Shown here in pieces: positions 58,050 to 64,000 of a DNA stretch of 64,000 nt (the first letter of the stretch is position 1; each line of letters opens with the position of its first letter). Below the pieces are notes generated by a model. That model saw only the letters and a list, made by a program, of their open reading frames with translations. It searched no databases and was not told where the DNA came from. The position numbers were made by a program, and so were the translations under genes. Origin of the DNA: an uncultured Eubacteriales bacterium (lineage in GTDB: Bacteria; Bacillota; Clostridia; Oscillospirales; CAG-382). Location of the stretch: the NCBI GenBank assembly GCA_934446675.1, contig CAKSEL010000002.1:44386-108385 (forward strand). Direction: 5' to 3'.

Positions 58050-59723
58050 TTACACCGTCTTATCGACGGGCATACTCATGATAAGATTCATGTCTTGACC
58101 GTAAAGCGAGGTCTTTGTATCGGTAAGCACGCTGAAATATGTCTTTCCGCAAGTCTTATAACAATATATAAGGCGGCAGTTTTCAAAGACAAACTCTTGT
58201 TTTTCGGTATCGTAAAGAGAATCGCTGCCGTCGATAAGCTCAAACTTTACAAACCTCTGGTTTTCATCGCAGAATTCCGCCCAGGCATAACCGTCGAAAT
58301 CCGCAATGACGCTCTTGTTTTTAATATCGTAAACGGTAAACTTCTGTTTATACGAACCGTACAGAGAATATTCTTCGTTATTTCCGTCGTATTCCTCGTC
58401 AAGCGTCATCTGATAAAGCATTTTGTCGCCCGTGACGTCGGTATACACCGTATCTTCAAAGTTGTCGAGCTTTGCGTATGTATTTCCGTCATAGTCTATC
58501 ATATACGCGGTATTATCCGTATCGACGCAGAAAAGATATCCCTTTATGTTTGAAACGGTATTTGGCAAAAGTCCGTTTTCGCGGCAGACAATCTCGCTGT
58601 CGTCCGACATACGCTTGAACACCTGTTTTTCCGCCGTTACGTCATAGTAGCTGTAAACCGCGTTGTCAGAACTTCCGTAAATCGTTATATAGTTATCGTA
58701 ATCAACGGTCTTTATGAGTTTTCCCTTGCTGTCGAATATATAGCGTTTGCCGTCGCTCTTTGTGCCCTGGAAATATTCAAAATCGCAGTACGAGCCGTCG
58801 CCGTTTGAAATATTCTCATACTCCGGCTGAACTATAAAGTTTCCGTCAGAATCTATAATTCCGCTCTTTCCGTCGGCAACCGAAACCGCCGCAGTCATAT
58901 TTCCGTTAAACGGCGCGGCATAGGAATAAGGTCCCAAAAGCTCATTACCGTTTTTATCTATGTACATATACGACGGTCCGTCCGTACCGTAATTTGCGGC
59001 AACGGCTATGCCGTTTACAAACTTTCCGACAAAATCATACTTATTTACCGCTGCGGTTTCTTTTCCGTCTTTATTATAATACGTTATTGACGTCCGCGCA
59101 GAATCCGAGGTGCTACTGTAATGATACTCTGCAACGGAAAATTCTCCGTCGTCAAACACGCGGTCAAGCCAGCTTCCCTCTCCGTTGAAGTCGCGGAAAG
59201 AATCTATCTGCCATCTGCCGTCATGCGGTATTATATAAGACTGCGTGCTTGTGCTTTCGTAGTAATCGTCGCCGATATCCGTGTCAGCCGTATCGTGGGA
59301 CGCCGAATAATACGTGTCATCGCCGGCGCTCTGTACGAATATACTGTCGTAAAGCGGCATTTTTACTATTTTGCCGTCGCTCGTGCAAAATCCGTATTTT
59401 GCATACGAAAGTCCGCCGAACATCATTGCCGAATAATCGTTTCCGGTTCCGGTCTTATAGTCGTACATCTTTCCGGCATATGGCAGCAGGGTTCCGTAAC
59501 TGTCCGACGGGACAAAATCAAGGTCATATGCTCCGTCAAGTATCACATTCTTTTGAGTTTTATACTCACCTATATCCGGAAGTCCGTCTTTAAAATAAAA
59601 TTCGCTTCGGGAAACTTCTGTGTTTTCCGGGTCATGCGTATGATCTTTTATTTTTTCCGATACGCAGCCCGGACTCAAGAGCAGCGCCGCAAGCAAAAGT
59701 GCAAAAAGCTTATGTTTATTCAA
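58050..59723 (-). CDS. WG/KWG-repeat lipoprotein
   Basis: Lipobox LSPGC. Multiple repeats of the type YGF.(D/N).(D/N)GK.(I/V). Confidence 0.6.
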   Translation of the reverse strand: MNKHKLFALLLAALLLSPGCVSEKIKDHTHDPENTEVSRSEFYFKDGLPDIGEYKTQKNVILDGAYDLDFVPSDSYGTLLPYAGKMYDYKTGTGNDYSAMMFGGLSYAKYGFCTSDGKIVKMPLYDSIFVQSAGDDTYYSASHDTADTDIGDDYYESTSTQSYIIPHDGRWQIDSFRDFNGEGSWLDRVFDDGEFSVAEYHYSSTSDSARTSITYYNKDGKETAAVNKYDFVGKFVNGIAVAANYGTDGPSYMYIDKNGNELLGPYSYAAPFNGNMTAAVSVADGKSGIIDSDGNFIVQPEYENISNGDGSYCDFEYFQGTKSDGKRYIFDSKGKLIKTVDYDNYITIYGSSDNAVYSYYDVTAEKQVFKRMSDDSEIVCRENGLLPNTVSNIKGYLFCVDTDNTAYMIDYDGNTYAKLDNFEDTVYTDVTGDKMLYQMTLDEEYDGNNEEYSLYGSYKQKFTVYDIKNKSVIADFDGYAWAEFCDENQRFVKFELIDGSDSLYDTEKQEFVFENCRLIYCYKTCGKTYFSVLTDTKTSLYGQDMNLIMSMPVDKTV

Positions 59724-59902
59724 TTTAATCCTCCCTCAAACTGAAAAAATCATCATATTTATTATATAATATACTACGCAAACGCCCTTTCGTCAAGAAC
59801 AGAACGCTTAAATTAAACTAAATTAAGAACTTGTACAAAACGGGTTCATTTTCGGACAAAACCGGCGGATTTTATTCATTATGAAAAAATCGTTAAAATT
59901 AC

Positions 59903-59931
59903 TTGACAAATCTTCTTCTCTGTGGTAAAAT
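59903..59931 (+). promoter_or_regulatory. Promoter of the liv-type ABC operon
   Basis: TTGACA (59903-59908), 17-nt spacer, TGgTAAAAT extended -10 (59923-59931). Confidence 0.6.
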
Positions 59932-59992
59932 TTACTATCAACACAGATGCAGCAATGTATCGTTTGACAGACAATTTATGGAGGAAAAGAAC

Positions 59993-61222
59993 ATGAAAAA
60001 GCTACTTGCAACCGTGTTAGCTTGTCTTATGTGCGCATCCGCTGCAGTATCCATGACAAGCTGCTCAAACAAACCTGCCGGCAACACTGACGGCGACAAT
60101 CAGACCTCAGGCGAGAAAATTCTCTACATCGGAGCTTACGAACCCGCTTCCGGTGAAAACGGAGCAGGCGGAAAACAGGAAGTTCTCGGCATGGAATATG
60201 CAAACTCCCTGGTTCCGACCGTTACTCTCGGCGGAGAAGAATATACAATAAAGCTTGTTACCGCTGACAACCAGTCTTCGCCAGACAAGGCTGTTTCCGC
60301 AGCAAGCGAACTCGTTTCAAAGAACGTATCCGTTGTACTCGGCTCTTACGGCTCCAGCGTTTCCATTGCCGCAGCAGACACATTTGCAGCCGCTAAGATT
60401 CCCGCAATCGGATGCTCCTGCACCAACCCGGCAGTTACTCTCGGAAACGACTACTATTACAGAGTTTGTTTTCTCGATCCCTTCCAGGGAACAGTTATGG
60501 CAAACTACGCAAAGAGCGTAGGCGCTGAAAAGGCATATGTTCTCTCGCAGCTCGGCGACGACTACTCCACAGGTCTTGCAACCTACTTCCAGAAGGCATT
60601 TGAAGACCTCGGCGGAACCGTTGTAACAGGCGAATTCCCGAAGGACACCAGCGACTTCACTACATACCTCACCACCGCAAAGAATGAGGACGTTGACGTA
60701 TTCTTCGCTCCTTCTTCCATTCAGAGCGCTTCGCTTATCATTGCTCAGGCTTCCAACCTCGGTGTTGAATTCCCGATCATGGCAGGCGATACATGGGAAC
60801 ACTCCGCAATCATCGAAGCTGCTAAGGGCACAAATCTTACAATCGCTCTTTCCACTTTCTTTGATGAACACGACGAAGGCGCAACCGCAGCAGAATTCGT
60901 AACCGGATTCAAGGCTTGGCTCAACGCTAACGACGCTAAGAAGGCAAACAACGGCGGCAACGACATAGTTGCTGCAGTAAGCGCGCTCGGATACGATGCA
61001 TACATGACTGCTATCGAAGCTATCAAGGCTGCCGACAGCGCAGACTCCGAAAAGATAGCAGAGGCCATGTCCGGTGTTGAATATACCGGCGTTACAGGCG
61101 GCATTTCGTTTGACGAAAACGGAGACGCCAAGAAAGACATGGCGTTCATTAAGACAGTCGATACTGAGGCAGGCGAGTTCAAGTTCGTTAAGACTCAGAC
61201 CGTCGCAGACCTTGCCGACTAA
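59993..61222 (+). CDS. Branched-chain amino acid ABC transporter substrate-binding lipoprotein (Peripla_BP_6-like)
   Basis: Start MKKLLATVLACLMCASAAVSMTSCS (lipobox) after ggagg. Type I PBP pattern and liv permease neighbours. Confidence 0.8.
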   Translation: MKKLLATVLACLMCASAAVSMTSCSNKPAGNTDGDNQTSGEKILYIGAYEPASGENGAGGKQEVLGMEYANSLVPTVTLGGEEYTIKLVTADNQSSPDKAVSAASELVSKNVSVVLGSYGSSVSIAAADTFAAAKIPAIGCSCTNPAVTLGNDYYYRVCFLDPFQGTVMANYAKSVGAEKAYVLSQLGDDYSTGLATYFQKAFEDLGGTVVTGEFPKDTSDFTTYLTTAKNEDVDVFFAPSSIQSASLIIAQASNLGVEFPIMAGDTWEHSAIIEAAKGTNLTIALSTFFDEHDEGATAAEFVTGFKAWLNANDAKKANNGGNDIVAAVSALGYDAYMTAIEAIKAADSADSEKIAEAMSGVEYTGVTGGISFDENGDAKKDMAFIKTVDTEAGEFKFVKTQTVADLAD

Positions 61223-61256
61223 TTATTCGTAATCATTTAAAAGCAAACATTGCTTT

Positions 61257-61284
61257 AAGGCAGGGATTCCTTCCTGCCTTTTTC
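61257..61284 (+). terminator. Intra-operon hairpin/partial terminator after the binding-protein gene
   Basis: Stem aaggcagg/cctgcctt followed by tttc. Confidence 0.55.
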
Positions 61285-61309
61285 TCTGTATTTTGGAGGT
61301 TTCATACCT

Positions 61310-62206
61310 ATGGATCTATTTAAGGAATTTTTAAATCAGAATCTGCCCCATCTTCTTTCGGGCATTTCCATAGGCGGTCAGTATGCGCTTATAGCAATAG
61401 GCTATACGATGGTCTACGGTATTCTGAGACTCATAAACTTCGCACACGCCGACATCTTTATGGTCGCCGGCTTTATCATGGTTTACGCAAGCACATCTTT
61501 TCCCATGTACATTTCCATTCCTCTTGTAATAATTCTCACCGTTCTTCTCGGTTTCAGCGTTGAAAGATGCGCGTACAAGCCCCTCAGAACGGCGCCGCGT
61601 ATGTCGGTTATGATTTCGGCAATCGGCGTTTCGTACCTTTTGCAGAACCTTGCCATTTATATAACAAGCGGTCTGCCTAAGATTTACCCCGCTATTCCCT
61701 GGATAAGCGACAGAATAACCGTTTTCGGCTGTTCGACAAACCGTGTTACGATTATAACTCCTTTTCTTACGGTTGCGCTGGTTGCGATTCTCGCGGCATT
61801 CATCAAGTACACCAAGATAGGTATTGCAATGCGCGCCGTTTCGCGCGACTTTGAAACAAGTCAGCTCATGGGCATAAAGATAAACACCGTTATCAGCTTT
61901 ACGTTCATTATAGGTTCGTTCCTTGCGGCTATCGGTTCCATGCTGTTCTTCACAAGCTACACGACGGTAACTCCCACAATAGGCGCAATGCCAGGACTTA
62001 AAGCGTTCGTCGCTGCGGTATTCGGCGGTATCGGATCTATTCCGGGCGCTGTTGTCGGTGCGTTTATAATAGGTATCTGCGAGACCTTTATCAAGGCGGC
62101 AGGATACACCACCTTCAGCGACGCGTTTACTTTCGCGCTGCTCATCGTAATTCTTGTCGTAAAGCCTACCGGTCTTTTCGGTGAAAAGGTTACGGAAAAG
62201 GTTTAA
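61310..62206 (+). CDS. livH: Branched-chain amino acid ABC transporter permease
   Basis: 298 aa. LivH-like (GGQYALIAIGYTMVYG, INFAHAD). Confidence 0.88.
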   Translation: MDLFKEFLNQNLPHLLSGISIGGQYALIAIGYTMVYGILRLINFAHADIFMVAGFIMVYASTSFPMYISIPLVIILTVLLGFSVERCAYKPLRTAPRMSVMISAIGVSYLLQNLAIYITSGLPKIYPAIPWISDRITVFGCSTNRVTIITPFLTVALVAILAAFIKYTKIGIAMRAVSRDFETSQLMGIKINTVISFTFIIGSFLAAIGSMLFFTSYTTVTPTIGAMPGLKAFVAAVFGGIGSIPGAVVGAFIIGICETFIKAAGYTTFSDAFTFALLIVILVVKPTGLFGEKVTEKV

Positions 62207-62220
62207 GGAGGCGGTAAAGC

Positions 62221-63297
62221 ATGAAAAAGTCAACAAAAAACATCATAAACATCGCTCTCCTTGTAATACTGTTCGCGGCTGTGTTCTGTGCGGATAAATT
62301 CACGGACAACGTAATGTTAAGAACGGTTCTCAAAAAAGGCTCTATCTACGCGCTTGTTGCGGTTTCTATGAACCTGCTCAACGGATTTACAGGTCTTTTC
62401 TCGCTCGGACAGGCAGGATTTATGCTGCTCGGCGCATATACCTACGGTATTCTCACGATTCCCGTCGAATTCAGACAGAGCGTATACCTCTACTTTGACG
62501 GCGGTATAATCCACTTTGCGCTTCCGCAGCTTGTCGGCATGATTCTCGGCGGCGTGGTTGCGGCATTCTTCGCTTTTCTTATCGGTCTTCCCGTACTTAA
62601 GCTCAAAAGCGACTATCTTGCAATAGCTACTCTCGGTTTTGCAGAAATTATGCGCGCAATACTTCAGTGGAAAGGCTTAGGTCCGATAACCAACGGTTCA
62701 AACCTGCTCAAAAAGTTCCCGTACTACCTCTCGATAACCCCGTATTTCGTTATTGCGGCTGTATGCATAGCGATTGTGGTTCTTCTCATACGTTCAACCT
62801 ACGGCAGAGCCTTTAAGGCTATACGCGACGACGAGATCGCAGCCGAGGCAATGGGCATAAACCTTGCGTCGCACAAGAGAATGGCGTTTGTAATAAGCTC
62901 ATTCTTCGCAGGTATCGGCGGCGCGCTGCTCGCGATGTTCCAGAACACCGTACAGGCTAACGCTTTCAGCAGCGCAATGACATACGAAATTCTCCTTATC
63001 GTCGTTATAGGCGGTATAGGTTCTATCACCGGCAGCGTACTTGCGGCATTCCTCTTTGTCGCGTGCTCGGAATGGTGGTTAAGATTTCTCGATGTAGAAA
63101 CATATATCGGCTCTTTCAAAGTTCCGCTTCTGCGTTCGGGATTCAGAATGGTTGTGTTCTCGGTAGTAATCATGATCGTGGTTCTGTTCTTCAGACGCGG
63201 TATCATGGGTACAAACGAATTTTCCGTTGAACGCATATGTACGAGATTTAAAAAGCTCTTTTCGGGTAAAGCTAAAAAGGAGGGCAATGCAAAATGA
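62221..63297 (+). CDS. livM: Branched-chain amino acid ABC transporter permease
   Basis: 358 aa. LivM-like (GFTGLFSLGQAGFMLLGAY, IRDDEIAAEAMGIN). Confidence 0.88.
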   Translation: MKKSTKNIINIALLVILFAAVFCADKFTDNVMLRTVLKKGSIYALVAVSMNLLNGFTGLFSLGQAGFMLLGAYTYGILTIPVEFRQSVYLYFDGGIIHFALPQLVGMILGGVVAAFFAFLIGLPVLKLKSDYLAIATLGFAEIMRAILQWKGLGPITNGSNLLKKFPYYLSITPYFVIAAVCIAIVVLLIRSTYGRAFKAIRDDEIAAEAMGINLASHKRMAFVISSFFAGIGGALLAMFQNTVQANAFSSAMTYEILLIVVIGGIGSITGSVLAAFLFVACSEWWLRFLDVETYIGSFKVPLLRSGFRMVVFSVVIMIVVLFFRRGIMGTNEFSVERICTRFKKLFSGKAKKEGNAK

Positions 63298-64000
63298 GTG
63301 AAAACGTGCTGAAACTTAACGACATCACCATGCAGTTCGGCGGCGTTGTCGCGGTAAACAATCTCTCCTTGGAAGTAAACAAAAACGAAATAGTTTCTCT
63401 TATAGGTCCGAACGGTGCCGGAAAAACCACGGTTTTCAACGTCATCACCGGCGTTTACGAGCCTACAAACGGCATGGTTTCCTTTAACGGCAAAACTCTT
63501 ATCGAGAACAAGCCGCGCGGAAAGATGAAAAAGCTCTACATCGGCGAAAACAAGGGCAAATACACAAAGAAAGTATCAAAAACTCCCGACAAAATAACAA
63601 AACTCGGCATTGCAAGAACTTTCCAGAACATCAGACTCTTCAAGTCTATGACGGTCTTTGAAAACGTACTTGTAGCAATGCACCTGCGCCGCAAGTCAAA
63701 CATTTTTACGGCAACCTTTATGCTCAACTTAAAGGAAGAAAACGAAATGCGCCGCAAAGCCGAAGAACTGCTCAAGATAGTAGGTCTTTACGAGCTTAAA
63801 GACGAACTTGCGACAAGCCTTCCCTACGGAAAGCAGCGCAGACTTGAAATAGCGCGTGCGCTTGCAACGGAACCCAAGCTCCTTCTTCTTGACGAGCCGG
63901 CTGCCGGCATGAATCCTCAGGAGACCGACGAGCTTACCGCGTTCATTCACGACATACGCTCAAAATTCGACCTCACCATTCTTCTTATCGAGCATCACAT
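63294..64000 (+). CDS. livG: Branched-chain amino acid ABC transporter ATP-binding protein (3' truncated by window end)
   Basis: ATGA overlap with livM. MSENVLKLNDITMQFGGVVAVNNLS, Walker A GPNGAGKTT, LSYG-type signature region and LLLLDEPAAGMN. Not in the ORF track because no stop lies within the window. Confidence 0.88.
   Translation, partial: MSENVLKLNDITMQFGGVVAVNNLSLEVNKNEIVSLIGPNGAGKTTVFNVITGVYEPTNGMVSFNGKTLIENKPRGKMKKLYIGENKGKYTKKVSKTPDKITKLGIARTFQNIRLFKSMTVFENVLVAMHLRRKSNIFTATFMLNLKEENEMRRKAEELLKIVGLYELKDELATSLPYGKQRRLEIARALATEPKLLLLDEPAAGMNPQETDELTAFIHDIRSKFDLTILLIEHH

Overview
The window looks like a chromosomal segment of a spore-forming Firmicute, probably a Clostridia or Oscillospiraceae-like gut or rumen organism. 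Support: TTGACA-17-TATAAT promoters, a T-box leader, PdaA-like deacetylases and SLH-anchored exoproteins. Gene content is mostly housekeeping: NAD synthesis (nadB, nadC, and a displaced nadA), serS, tsf-rpsB, yajC, mnmA, wecB, a contiguous argGHCJBDF operon, purA, carA, dapL, and a liv-type ABC transporter that runs off the 3' end. There are two tRNAs, Gln-CUG and Ser-GGA. Accessory content comprises a Vat-type streptogramin acetyltransferase, an atypically AT-rich HExxH gene, two large secreted proteins, zinc-ribbon membrane proteins and an AraC remnant. The most unusual signals are listed below.

- An unannotated, apparently non-coding repeat element of about 400-460 nt is present as six full or partial copies at two convergent intergenic loci (2966-3690 and 45257-46166). 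Its hairpins are preserved by compensatory changes.
- carB and dapF lie in one 1353-codon reading frame.
- An orphan promoter-to-terminator unit at about 25238-25386 has no ORF.

No CRISPR array, integrase, transposase or recognisable defence system was seen. All product names come from motif recognition by eye. No database search was run.
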